The notes beneath the pieces are model-generated. The model ran no database searches and was not told the origin of the DNA. It worked only from the letters and a program-made list of their open reading frames with translations. Made by a program: the position numbers and the translations under genes. From positions 1 through 64,000 of the IMG/VR virus record IMGVR_UViG_2619619259_000001: 64,000 nt of DNA. The stretch is one strand, 5' to 3'. This DNA comes from a virus. Taxonomy: Duplodnaviria; Caudoviricetes. Below, piece after piece: positions 29,693-39,141 of the stretch. Every line of letters starts with the position of its first letter. The stretch's first letter is position 1.

Positions 29693-29990
29693 ATAGTTCC
29701 CCTTTGCAATGTCATACTAAGATGAAATCAATATGTACCATATCGGAACACATTGCAACCCCCTACCCCACCACTTTTCTTAGGCTTAATATGATTTTAG
29801 ACCCGACAAATGAACTTATATTATTGATATATATTGTTTTGTCATTTGATTAAATAATCAAAAGATAAAAAAATAAAATGATGTATTTGTTTTATGATTT
29901 ATTGATGTTAGCATCGTTTTGTCAAATGATTAATTTGTATTAACATCAATACATGTTAATCTTCTTTTATCATTATCACGTGCTTAAGGG

Positions 29991-30620
29991 ATGGAATGTA
30001 TGAAGGTGATCTCGTTTATTAACCCGAAGGGTGGGACAGGCAAAACAACATCGGTGATCAATGTTGCAACCTGCCTAGTGAATAGCGGTTATAAAGTTGC
30101 TGTTGTTGATACCGATCCACAGATGAGCCTGACGAACTGGAATAAAAACGATAAGGCTAACTTCGATGTTTACACAGCATCATCAGAGAAAGACGTTTAT
30201 CAGGTAAGAAAAGATTTGTCTGGGTATGACCTCACGGTTATTGATGGCGCAGGTTCATTATCAGTTATCACATCGGCCGCAATTATGGTGAGCGACCTCG
30301 TCATTATTCCTGTTAGCCCATCACCATTAGATTTCTCGGCATCCAGTAGTGTTGCAGCGGTACTTGAGGCCCAAGCCTACAGCCGTAAAGTTGAAGCTAA
30401 ATATCTCATCACAAGAAAAATTGATAATGCAGCGATGTTAACCTTGTTGAAGGACAGCATTGATGAAACAGGTTTAGGTCGATTTAAAACGGCCCTGACC
30501 AATAGGCAGACCTATGTTAAAACCTGCGTTGACGGCAACACCGTATTTGATACAAAGGACGGCGCTGCAAAAGGTGAGGTTGAGGTTTTGACAAAAGAAA
30601 TTATTGATTCTTTGATGTAA
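29991..30620 (+). CDS. parA: ParA (ParF-type, type Ib) partition ATPase
   Basis: NPKGGTGKTT, VDTDPQ, no N-terminal HTH. Confidence 0.93.
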   Translation: MECMKVISFINPKGGTGKTTSVINVATCLVNSGYKVAVVDTDPQMSLTNWNKNDKANFDVYTASSEKDVYQVRKDLSGYDLTVIDGAGSLSVITSAAIMVSDLVIIPVSPSPLDFSASSSVAAVLEAQAYSRKVEAKYLITRKIDNAAMLTLLKDSIDETGLGRFKTALTNRQTYVKTCVDGNTVFDTKDGAAKGEVEVLTKEIIDSLM

Positions 30621-30675
30621 TGATGATTTTATCATAAAATTAAATCATCATTTGAGATTATGAGGAAAGAAGATT

Positions 30676-30909
30676 ATGGCGCTAGTCCCACAGTCTAAAA
30701 ATAAATCAGTAATGCCATTTGGTGATCATGAACATCGAGATCTAAATCGTATTATTGCTGTCGACCCAAATAAAAAACCTCGTAGAATTCAAGTTGAAGT
30801 TGAGGACTCTATCCACGCAGACTTTAAGGTCGCTTGTGCCAAGAAGGGCGTGAATATGAAAGAGGTCATTACTGATCTGATTAAAAATTGGGTTAATCAA
30901 AATAAATAA
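30676..30909 (+). CDS. parG: ParG-like ribbon-helix-helix partition protein
   Basis: RIQVEV....H.DFK.AC...G.NMKEVI.DLI..W. Confidence 0.85.
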   Translation: MALVPQSKNKSVMPFGDHEHRDLNRIIAVDPNKKPRRIQVEVEDSIHADFKVACAKKGVNMKEVITDLIKNWVNQNK

Positions 30910-30943
30910 TCATCATTTGATGAAATAATCATTTCATCAATCA

Positions 30944-30976
30944 ATAAAACCCTCATATGACTGTATGAGGGTTTTA
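30944..30976. terminator. Hairpin after parG
   Basis: ATAAAACCCTCATA-tgactg-TATGAGGGTTTTAT. Confidence 0.7.
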
Positions 30977-30993
30977 TCTTTATAACCCTTCCC

Positions 30994-31051
30994 GCTTTTG
31001 AGCTTTTGAGCTTTTGAGCTTTTGAGCTTTTGAGCTTTTGAGCTTTTGAGT
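30994..31051. repeat. 8-bp tandem array (GCTTTTGA)x7, candidate centromere
   Basis: Seven GAG[C/T] boxes at 8-bp period just downstream of parG. Confidence 0.85.
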
Positions 31052-31208
31052 GAATGATAAATACATCATTTGTTATGATCATATAACCCTTTAGTAAACT
31101 TAAAAGATTTCAAATCAAAACTGTTGCGTTAGACAACACCACTTTCGCTATTCTACTGGCGTGAAAATGTAAATCTGATGGCGCGATCCTTGATTTTAAG
31201 GACGCAAA

Positions 31209-33125
31209 GTGAACGAAACCGATATCAAGCCATTTAATGAGCGCATGGCTGACATAGCTATCCGTGCCGGTAGTGTGCTGGGATTTGCTAGAACCCCACA
31301 GTTTGATGATAACAAACTATTCATCCAAGACCCTGCTACACGTCATTCTAAGATTGTATCAGCAGCATGTATGGACCCCATTTTTGAAGGAGTTAACCCT
31401 GATGCCGTTGGCATGATCGCTTCAGGGTGGGCTTCTGCACTCGCCGAGTACGCCAACAAATACAATTCCATGCCACGCCCAGAGATATTAGCGGCATCTC
31501 ATAAGTCTTTGGAAAACGTGATCCGGTCAATGACCGAATCGGTGCCTGGTTCCAAAACTACCACGCAGAAAATGCTAGAAAGCGTCTCTAAAGACATGGG
31601 GACCAGTGAAGGCATTCTTCGCCAGGCTCAATTTATGGCGATGATTCTACCAGCAGCTCTCGGCGCAGCCACCAGCGACGCATGTACATTTATTCCATGC
31701 GACCGTGACGAAGCATTGGTTTATGAAATCTATAACGTCGCTGCAAGCGATTTTGGTGATTACCAGATTGGTGACCGCCTGAATATGCAATCAGCTGGCG
31801 CGTATTCGCAGTTACGCCGTCCATACATCCTAAAAGAAGACCAACAGCCTGACGGTTCAAAAACCACTTTCAACTTCAAGATTAACGAGCACGAACGCAA
31901 AGATATGCCTATACGCACTAATCGCGTGAATATATTTGTCGATCGTGTCAAATCGAAGAACGATGATGGCGACGGCAATATCATGACGTCGTTTACTGGC
32001 ACCGACGGTAAAGAAATCACAATTACTGGGAAAATTGATTATAAAAAAGGGACCATTTCATTAACGTCCGCAGTTGCGCTTCCAGTTGGTGTTGAGTTAG
32101 CCGTAGAAGTTGAAATCAACATCGAAAGTTCCGCTGAATTAATCCCAACGATCAACCACGCAATGCGCAAATACGTACTGTCGCCATCAGCCTACGTTCT
32201 GGCAGCTGAGCACACCGTTCAGGCGTTACATGACGGATTACGTGAGTTTGGTGTCGATCTTGGTAGCATGCAGTATCGAGCACTACGTGACTTCCTCGCT
32301 CATGAGATAGATATGACCCGTTTACGCACTATGTTGTGGCGTAATAAATGGACTGATACGTTCGATATTTCGTTGCCAGAAACGCAATCATTTGAACAAT
32401 GGGCATATCTATTTAAAGGTAAATTACACCGCGTTTCTAACAACATAGTTAACCGCAATCTTGCCTCTGGAATGGTTGGTGCCTTTGCGGGTGCAGATGC
32501 TGCAAACTTCATCAAGCAACTACCTGCATCTATGTTTACCCCAGCCGACAATTATCGCCAAACCCCGCATGTACAGTTTGCAGGTACGTTATTTGGTGTT
32601 TACAAAATTTTCGAAATACCACAGGCCGTCTGTGATTCATTCAACCAAATGGGTGTCAAATTCGATTCAGAGTCAATGCTGTGCTATGCACGCGGTGACG
32701 GTATAGCACAAGCGGGATTTGTTACAGGTGACGCTGTTCCAGCCATTCCGTTTGTCCATCCTACTAACCCTGCCTTGGTTAACAGAACTACGCTATGGGG
32801 TTCCGCAATCAACGATCTGCATCCACGAAATGGTGCGGATTACTTCTGCTTGTTAACGCTGACATCTGCGAAGGTCGGTTCTATCGATTACCGCACTGGT
32901 AAAAAAATTACTGGTGATGCTTCACCAGCTTCTTTTGCAATATCGGCGAACTTGACCAGTGATGCTACTGATGAACAGAAAGTCGATCTGGTGAAAGATT
33001 CAGAAACAGACACTTCCAGCACTAAATCGTCCAACGATAACTCATCAGAAAACAACAATTCTGGCGGACAAGGCGACGCTAACACTGCAGTTCCTACTGC
33101 CAAAGCCACCAAGCCACAGAAGTAA
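31209..33125 (+). CDS. Major capsid protein gp23
   Basis: P1 gp23-like (AMILPAALGAATSDACTFIPC, GDAVPAIPF, NRTTLWGS); low-complexity C-terminal tail. Confidence 0.88.
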   Translation: MNETDIKPFNERMADIAIRAGSVLGFARTPQFDDNKLFIQDPATRHSKIVSAACMDPIFEGVNPDAVGMIASGWASALAEYANKYNSMPRPEILAASHKSLENVIRSMTESVPGSKTTTQKMLESVSKDMGTSEGILRQAQFMAMILPAALGAATSDACTFIPCDRDEALVYEIYNVAASDFGDYQIGDRLNMQSAGAYSQLRRPYILKEDQQPDGSKTTFNFKINEHERKDMPIRTNRVNIFVDRVKSKNDDGDGNIMTSFTGTDGKEITITGKIDYKKGTISLTSAVALPVGVELAVEVEINIESSAELIPTINHAMRKYVLSPSAYVLAAEHTVQALHDGLREFGVDLGSMQYRALRDFLAHEIDMTRLRTMLWRNKWTDTFDISLPETQSFEQWAYLFKGKLHRVSNNIVNRNLASGMVGAFAGADAANFIKQLPASMFTPADNYRQTPHVQFAGTLFGVYKIFEIPQAVCDSFNQMGVKFDSESMLCYARGDGIAQAGFVTGDAVPAIPFVHPTNPALVNRTTLWGSAINDLHPRNGADYFCLLTLTSAKVGSIDYRTGKKITGDASPASFAISANLTSDATDEQKVDLVKDSETDTSSTKSSNDNSSENNNSGGQGDANTAVPTAKATKPQK

Positions 33126-33176
33126 TTTCATTAACCAAAAGCGCCCTAATTAGGGCGCTTAGATAGGGCTTAAATA

Positions 33177-34823
33177 ATGTCTACAAGTAGCATTCCATTT
33201 ACTATCTCGCAGGTAGCTGGGGTTGCGATTGGAGCGATTGACGCAGAAAAAACACTGACTATCGGGGATGGTGGAAGTGCCTCAGTATTTAGTGGTGTTG
33301 TCGTCTCTGAAAGAGGCCGTCCATTCACTGCATTGAAAGTAACAAAATCAAACTTTATTAAATTACTAGGCGCACCGATCCACCCATCAAAAGGGAAATC
33401 GTTTGAACCCATTCGCCATGTTGCTGACGCGGTGAAGGGCGGTTTTGGCTACGTTGTCCGGGTGGTACCAGAAGATGCAAGGTTCCCATTAATCACCTTG
33501 TCTAAGCCTACTGCACTTAAATCTAAGTCGGTAAAAAGCGGGGCAGGGGATGTAGAACCTCTAGCAGCTGAAGCACCTGTAAGTAATGTCGTGGTATCAA
33601 ATTCAAGTCAGCCATTTGAAGGCGATGTCACTTTGTCTGATGGGCAATTTTGTTCAATTTATGTTGTTGACGGGGATCCGTCTGCTAACCGTGTGCTAAG
33701 CATTGAAAAAGATGAAGCAGAAGAAGGGCGCTTCATTCTAAAGCTTGCTGAGATCAGCAAAATGGGGGTTTCAACCCTGTTAGACAACATTACCATTTCA
33801 TTTGATCTTGAGTCTGTAGATGACATGGGGCGCCCAGCATACATTGTGACGGCATTAGAAAACCGCTCCCAATATTTACGTGCTGTTTGTAATTCAGATC
33901 TGGCGTTAACCTCTGGGTTCACCTCCCTCTCTAAGCAAGCTTTTGTCGGCGGTACCAATGGTGATTTAAATAACATATCCATTGAACAGTATCGAAAAGC
34001 GACCACGGTCCTTCGTAACGCCTTCGTTGATATAACAGCTGTTCTTGGGCTGGGTTGCTATGAACCATCAATCATTGCTGAGTTAGCTGACATTGCGTTG
34101 GATCGCCGTATTGATGCATTTTTTGATATAGCCCCGACGCTAAATTATGCCGAAGCGCTGACTGTCGCAGATGAGTTGCCATTACACGAAAATCCTAATT
34201 CTTGCGTCTACCACTTCCCATTTAGTTCACGTGATAGTTACAGCCAATCAACGGTAGTGTACGGGCTATCTGGGGCTGCTTTCGTTGCTAAAGCAAAGGG
34301 CGTGGCTAAAGTCCCTGATGTAGGAGGGTGGCACTACTCACCAGCAGGACAAGAAAGAGGGGTGATTAGCCGCATTGGGTTGGCTCCATTGCCAGGTGTT
34401 GGCGAACCGGATTACGAAATGATGTACGCCAAGCGCATTAACAAAATTGAAAACGCCGGCGATGGCGTATTGATGATTGATGATGCGTTGACAACCTATC
34501 GACGAGATAACTATCTCCGATTCCAGCACATCCCCTCCACGATGAACGCTATTTCACGCGATTTTTACATCCTAGGCAGGGCGCTTAAACATCAACCTGA
34601 CGGAATCACCATAGGGGCATTAGAGCGTGAATTGCCGCGCCTTCTTGACCGATATATCGGCTCCGGCGCTTTAGTTAAACCACGCGATCCTGATGTAGAT
34701 GGCGAATCACCGTACATCATCACGGTAGAGCAGTCGGATAAAGATTTATGGACCGTTTCTTGGTCTTGCTGCGTTACAGGTTCTGCTCGTCGCATCGTTG
34801 GGATGCCAGCACTAATTCGTTAA
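33177..34823 (+). CDS. Tail sheath protein gp22
   Basis: GGWHYSPAG..RG, IDDALT, ARRIVG.P.L; follows gp23. Confidence 0.85.
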   Translation: MSTSSIPFTISQVAGVAIGAIDAEKTLTIGDGGSASVFSGVVVSERGRPFTALKVTKSNFIKLLGAPIHPSKGKSFEPIRHVADAVKGGFGYVVRVVPEDARFPLITLSKPTALKSKSVKSGAGDVEPLAAEAPVSNVVVSNSSQPFEGDVTLSDGQFCSIYVVDGDPSANRVLSIEKDEAEEGRFILKLAEISKMGVSTLLDNITISFDLESVDDMGRPAYIVTALENRSQYLRAVCNSDLALTSGFTSLSKQAFVGGTNGDLNNISIEQYRKATTVLRNAFVDITAVLGLGCYEPSIIAELADIALDRRIDAFFDIAPTLNYAEALTVADELPLHENPNSCVYHFPFSSRDSYSQSTVVYGLSGAAFVAKAKGVAKVPDVGGWHYSPAGQERGVISRIGLAPLPGVGEPDYEMMYAKRINKIENAGDGVLMIDDALTTYRRDNYLRFQHIPSTMNAISRDFYILGRALKHQPDGITIGALERELPRLLDRYIGSGALVKPRDPDVDGESPYIITVEQSDKDLWTVSWSCCVTGSARRIVGMPALIR

Positions 34824-34835
34824 TTCGGAGATGAA

Positions 34836-35709
34836 ATGACTAAATTCTTTGAAAGCGGACATCACCTTACCAATCCATTGGAAGGCATGTCCATGATTTT
34901 AGAAAGTAAAAAAACACCCCAGATGACAAGGAAAAGGAAAAGGAAAAGGAAAAGGAAAAGGAAAGGAAAAGGAAAAGGAAAAGGACGATAAATCCAAAAA
35001 TCCAGAAAAGGATGATGAGAAAGGTAAAAAGCAGCCGAAATCTGAACCCGATCCTGATCCTGAAGACAAAGAGAAAAAGAAAGGTGATGACGAGATGACC
35101 GAATCAATGGTGCTTGAACGCGCTCATTCACTCATCCTAGAAAAAGCGACAGCTAAGGCTCAGGAAGATATCAGAGGCCAAGCGGCTAGTGCTGTCCTTG
35201 GATGGATTGATGATGGTGACGCTACATTTGATGCATTCGATTCATATGCATTAGATCTCGCCGATATCGATGTGGATTCCGAAGATGAACCGACTGATGA
35301 GCAAAACGATGCTTATAACACAGCCCTAGCTATCATGGCGGATGCTGCCGTTTCGTTCGGTGCTGATGAGTCCAATGTCGCAGCAATGATTAATGATGAA
35401 GATGACGATGCGGCCAGCGATGTGATGGATCAACTGTCAGAGATTGATCCTGATGAAGAAGACGAACTCATTACCGCATTTAGTTTTGGTGATAGTAGCG
35501 ACAGTTTAATGATGGAAGCGGTTAAGCGTGTCGTAAGAGCAGGGAAGGTTAAGTTGATTAAAAAACGACCTCGCCCACGTCGATTAAATGCCGCACAAAA
35601 GGCCAGTTTAAGAAAGGCCCGGAAAAAAGCGAATACCGCATCAGCAAAAATAGCCCGACGAAAGTCCATGAAAATCCGTAAAAAGCGGATCCCGACTAAA
35701 CGCACATAA
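34836..35709 (+). CDS. gp21-like protein, frameshifted in the A-rich 5' region
   Basis: MTKFFESG start in one frame, EK repeat in a second, 35095 ORF in a third; basic C-terminus VVRAGKVK..RPR. Confidence 0.7.
34931..34983 (+). repeat. (GAAAAG)n hexamer array in gene 21
   Basis: About 9 units, one lacking an A. Confidence 0.85.
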
Positions 35710-35775
35710 TTCGGTAGGTCCAATAACTCGGTAGGACCACCAGCGATGCTGGTGGTCTTTAATAACAGGTGATTT

Positions 35776-36351
35776 ATGCATTTTGGTGCAATTTTCCCAG
35801 ATGGCGTTAGCCAATACCTCAAGGTTTACATCACATCAGGGGAGGATATGGTCGTCGGTTATATCGGGGACGGGGCCGGTGCTGAGATAAGTTCTACATG
35901 GACGAGCCCATTTGAGAATGACTCTCTAGGCTCTGTTGCTGGGGTGGAGACGGTGAGTAATATCGCTCAATCGGCAACGAATATGACCTCAATAAGTCGA
36001 TTTAACTCACTACTAGTTTGGCAGGGCGCGACACCTCCAACGTTCAATCTACCAATCTATTTCATGGCAACACAGAATGCAGAAATAGAGGTCAACGGTG
36101 CAATCATGACATTGCTAGCAATGGTTTCACCTGAATTGGACGATTTCACGCCCGGCGGTCGTAGACCACAAGCTTTGGTGCTTGATATCGGGAGGCGTCA
36201 CAAAATAACTGACGTAGTTATTCAAAACGTTAGTTATGAAACTGATGCACCACGTACATCTAATGGAATGTATACACATAACAATGTAACCCTACAAGTA
36301 TCGGGGATGGCTGTACAAAACCGGTCTGAAATCCCAACTTTATTTAGCTAA
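35776..36351 (+). CDS. pmgG: PmgG-like tube initiator
   Basis: W.SPFE, VWQG..P.TF, L.IGR motifs; P1 synteny 21-pmgG-bplB. Confidence 0.75.
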   Translation: MHFGAIFPDGVSQYLKVYITSGEDMVVGYIGDGAGAEISSTWTSPFENDSLGSVAGVETVSNIAQSATNMTSISRFNSLLVWQGATPPTFNLPIYFMATQNAEIEVNGAIMTLLAMVSPELDDFTPGGRRPQALVLDIGRRHKITDVVIQNVSYETDAPRTSNGMYTHNNVTLQVSGMAVQNRSEIPTLFS

Positions 36352-36366
36352 TTAGGAGTTTTAATC

Positions 36367-36870
36367 ATGGGCAATAATGGCCATTTTAACGCAAAAGGGA
36401 ACCTCGGTTTCTTAAAGCAACGTTTTGAACAAAACCGCTCACAAGGCGAAAAGTTAAGCGGGGCAGAGTTCTGGTTAACCATTCAGGAATATCCCAATAT
36501 TTCTGCATTAGTTCGTACTACTCAGCATCCCGAGATGGCACGTGAAGCGCTTGAAGACTTCGGCCCAGGGGGGTTGAAATTTGTACAGCACGGTACATTA
36601 AAGAATTCCGGTGAAATCACTATTCAATGCGTCGAAACCATCACTGGCGAAGTCGCAAAAATGATCAAGAAGGCGGTCGTCAATAAAGAATATGTGACGA
36701 TTACCTTACAATCAACGCCTGAGTCATCAAACGGAAATTCTCCAGCATCCCTAAAAACGAACTTTCTGCATTGCCTTATTGCCTGCGAGCAAATCGATTT
36801 CGCATCAGAAGACGTCACTTCATTTGTTCGTCCTTCCCTGAGAATTACCTACAACTGGATTGATTACTAA
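36367..36870 (+). CDS. bplB: BplB-like tail tube-fold protein
   Basis: 167 aa; LVRT.Q.PEM.RE..EDFGP.G; synteny. Confidence 0.75.
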   Translation: MGNNGHFNAKGNLGFLKQRFEQNRSQGEKLSGAEFWLTIQEYPNISALVRTTQHPEMAREALEDFGPGGLKFVQHGTLKNSGEITIQCVETITGEVAKMIKKAVVNKEYVTITLQSTPESSNGNSPASLKTNFLHCLIACEQIDFASEDVTSFVRPSLRITYNWIDY

Positions 36871-37465
36871 TATGACGCCACGACAGCTTCTAAATGACGT
36901 TTTAAAGCGATTTGCGGTGCTATTGCATGATGACCCATTAGCACTTGATGAATTACTGGTGACGGCGCTTACAGCATATCAGGACAGAGCTGGATTAGTG
37001 GCTAATATTCGCATCAATAAAGAGGATTGCGGAGACAAATGTAGCCGCATTCTCTTTCCTAGTAACTATTTAAGCTTAATTAGTGTTACGGATAAAACAG
37101 GCGATCTTGTCTATACCTACACAGATGAAACCGCAGTAGATCTAGACCTTATGGGTAATGAAGTTTGGCCTCTAACAATGTCATATCTCATTAATCTCAG
37201 GAACATAGACCTAGAAAACGGCTCCATCCCTGAGCCTATTATTGGGATGCTAAAAGATTATTTGGAAATACTCATCTCAATACCAAATACGGCCCGTATT
37301 CGCCGCGTCACAATTGCAGGGAAAATGGATACATCAAGTCTTCCTGAAGAACTCTCGTTAAACGAACGAAAATCCGATTTAGAAATACAAATGGCTGAGC
37401 GGAGATCCATTCTCCCCATGCTCACCATTTACTCATCTCAACTAAAGCCGCAGAGAAAGGAATAA
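36860..37465 (+). CDS. pmgC: PmgC-like head-tail adaptor
   Basis: MTPRQLL..V..RF, AL..YQDRAG; synteny. Confidence 0.7.
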   Translation: MITNMTPRQLLNDVLKRFAVLLHDDPLALDELLVTALTAYQDRAGLVANIRINKEDCGDKCSRILFPSNYLSLISVTDKTGDLVYTYTDETAVDLDLMGNEVWPLTMSYLINLRNIDLENGSIPEPIIGMLKDYLEILISIPNTARIRRVTIAGKMDTSSLPEELSLNERKSDLEIQMAERRSILPMLTIYSSQLKPQRKE

Positions 37466-38190
37466 TGGGTTTTTTTGATGGTTTTAAAAGTGGGATCACT
37501 AGCGGACTCAACCTCTCTAGCGTAAATCTCCCTTCTTTTATTAGCGGCGTTCTTGATCGCAATCAGGGAATAACAACAGATCCTTATGCTGGTGGGGTAG
37601 GGCAAACAGCTGAGTTATCGCGTTCTAAAAATATCCTTGAACGGCTCATGCGCATTAGATTTGCACAGGGCTGGCAATGGACAGTTGAAGTGGATGGAAT
37701 GCAAGACTTCGAGTTTTACATCAAAGATATCACTTACGGCGGGAACAGTATTGAAAGTGAAGTTCGCATCATTGGCGGTGGAGAAATAAATAAACCCACA
37801 CATAGAACAACAGAAAGCGTAACTATGGTTGTTCGTGATAATGAAACAGGCACAGTGGCCAAGTGGTTCGATGCACGAAAAAATAAAGTTATCAATGCTG
37901 ATGGCACAATCAATCTACCACCAAGTTATCTCCTGAATATCAGGATTTACCGGCTTAATTCTGATGGACAGAAAGAACTCGATAGAGAGTGCAAAGTCAT
38001 CCCGTTAGAACGCGGAGAAACGACGCGGTCCAGAGATAATGTCGGTGAATTTTTCACCTACCCGCTATCTTTTCGTAGCTATTCCTCGTTTGGTAGTTCA
38101 GTTATTCCGTCAATATCCAGCATCCCTGATGCTGGGACAAAAAATAATAGCGGTGTAACTGGTACCAGCGGCATTAATGGAGATTACTAA
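37465..38190 (+). CDS. tub: Tub-like tail tube-fold protein
   Basis: FAQGWQW.VEVDG, KDITY, VIN.DGT.NLP. Confidence 0.7.
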   Translation: MGFFDGFKSGITSGLNLSSVNLPSFISGVLDRNQGITTDPYAGGVGQTAELSRSKNILERLMRIRFAQGWQWTVEVDGMQDFEFYIKDITYGGNSIESEVRIIGGGEINKPTHRTTESVTMVVRDNETGTVAKWFDARKNKVINADGTINLPPSYLLNIRIYRLNSDGQKELDRECKVIPLERGETTRSRDNVGEFFTYPLSFRSYSSFGSSVIPSISSIPDAGTKNNSGVTGTSGINGDY

Positions 38191-38192
38191 AC

Positions 38193-39002
38193 ATGCATAT
38201 TCCTAAATTTCCATTGCCATCGCGACCTGAGATAGAAATACAGTTCAGAATGCCTACCGTGGCAGATGCAATGGCGTTTTGTGACATCAGCGATACATAT
38301 GAAGAAAGAACAACAACAAGTTATCTAAACCAAATGCAGGAAGGTGAGATCAACGATAGTCAACTATGGACAGCCCAAGACCGCAGAACTGCACTCTGGT
38401 GGATATTTTCATCGTCTCGAATTGATTGTGTTGTGACATACAGTTACAAGTGTGCATTTTGCGGAGAAGAGCATTACTACGATCTAGATTTAAGGGAACT
38501 TGACCAATACGCAACGCTATTGGATAGAGAGCCCTATATTGAAGGCGTTGAAATACCCGTTAATGGCGAAATATATGAATGGCGATTTGTCCCATTAAAT
38601 GGCATTGCTATGGAAAACTTAGAGATAATGCGGGCTCTTCTTCCAGAAGATCGCAACTCAAAGGAATATAAAGACGCTGCTGCAAATGTACGTCTATGGG
38701 AGTACATCTACCAAACAGAACTCTTTCACGATATTGACCCCGATTTTCAAGCGAAAGCAAACCGTCGCTATGACCTCATTAAAAGCATGTCTATAGACAC
38801 CGAATTTAAGCAACTAATTGCTCGAATCAAGACGGCTAGGGATTTATTAGTTCACGGACTAGAAATAGAGTTCGATCAAGGCGTACCAAGATTGGTTTCC
38901 CCGCCACACTACTGCACCAAGGCAGATAAGGAGGAAGCAGACCGACCATCAACTCGACTGTTGATCCCCTTTCGGAATCACGAATTCTTTCCCGATTTAT
39001 GA
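38193..39002 (+). CDS. pmgB: PmgB-like baseplate/tail assembly chaperone (T4 gp26-like)
   Basis: FPLPS.P, C..CG.EH; upstream of the tape measure gene. Confidence 0.7.
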   Translation: MHIPKFPLPSRPEIEIQFRMPTVADAMAFCDISDTYEERTTTSYLNQMQEGEINDSQLWTAQDRRTALWWIFSSSRIDCVVTYSYKCAFCGEEHYYDLDLRELDQYATLLDREPYIEGVEIPVNGEIYEWRFVPLNGIAMENLEIMRALLPEDRNSKEYKDAAANVRLWEYIYQTELFHDIDPDFQAKANRRYDLIKSMSIDTEFKQLIARIKTARDLLVHGLEIEFDQGVPRLVSPPHYCTKADKEEADRPSTRLLIPFRNHEFFPDL

Positions 39003-39138
39003 TCTAGCCAGTTGGCAAATTATCGTGAACAACCTAACTCTATACGGCGGACAGCCGATTGATGCGATCGATAAACTGGAAGAGTGGCGAGCAATGAAAC
39101 TAAATGAAGCCGTCCAATTAAAATATAAACCTCAATGA
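38965..39138 (+). CDS. Short +1-frame ORF after pmgB (chaperone extension or 37-aa protein from GTG 39025)
   Basis: ...YDLASWQIIVNNLTLYGGQPIDAIDKLEEWRAMKLNEAVQLKYKPQ*, fills the gap to sit. Confidence 0.55.
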   Translation, partial: SPFGITNSFPIYDLASWQIIVNNLTLYGGQPIDAIDKLEEWRAMKLNEAVQLKYKPQ

Positions 39139-39141
39139 TAG

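Noticed and set aside
30897-31082. ORF with KAQKLKSS repeats, and the antisense ORFs at 34862-35131 and 42208-42760
   Set aside because: By-products of tandem DNA repeats or shadows of real genes
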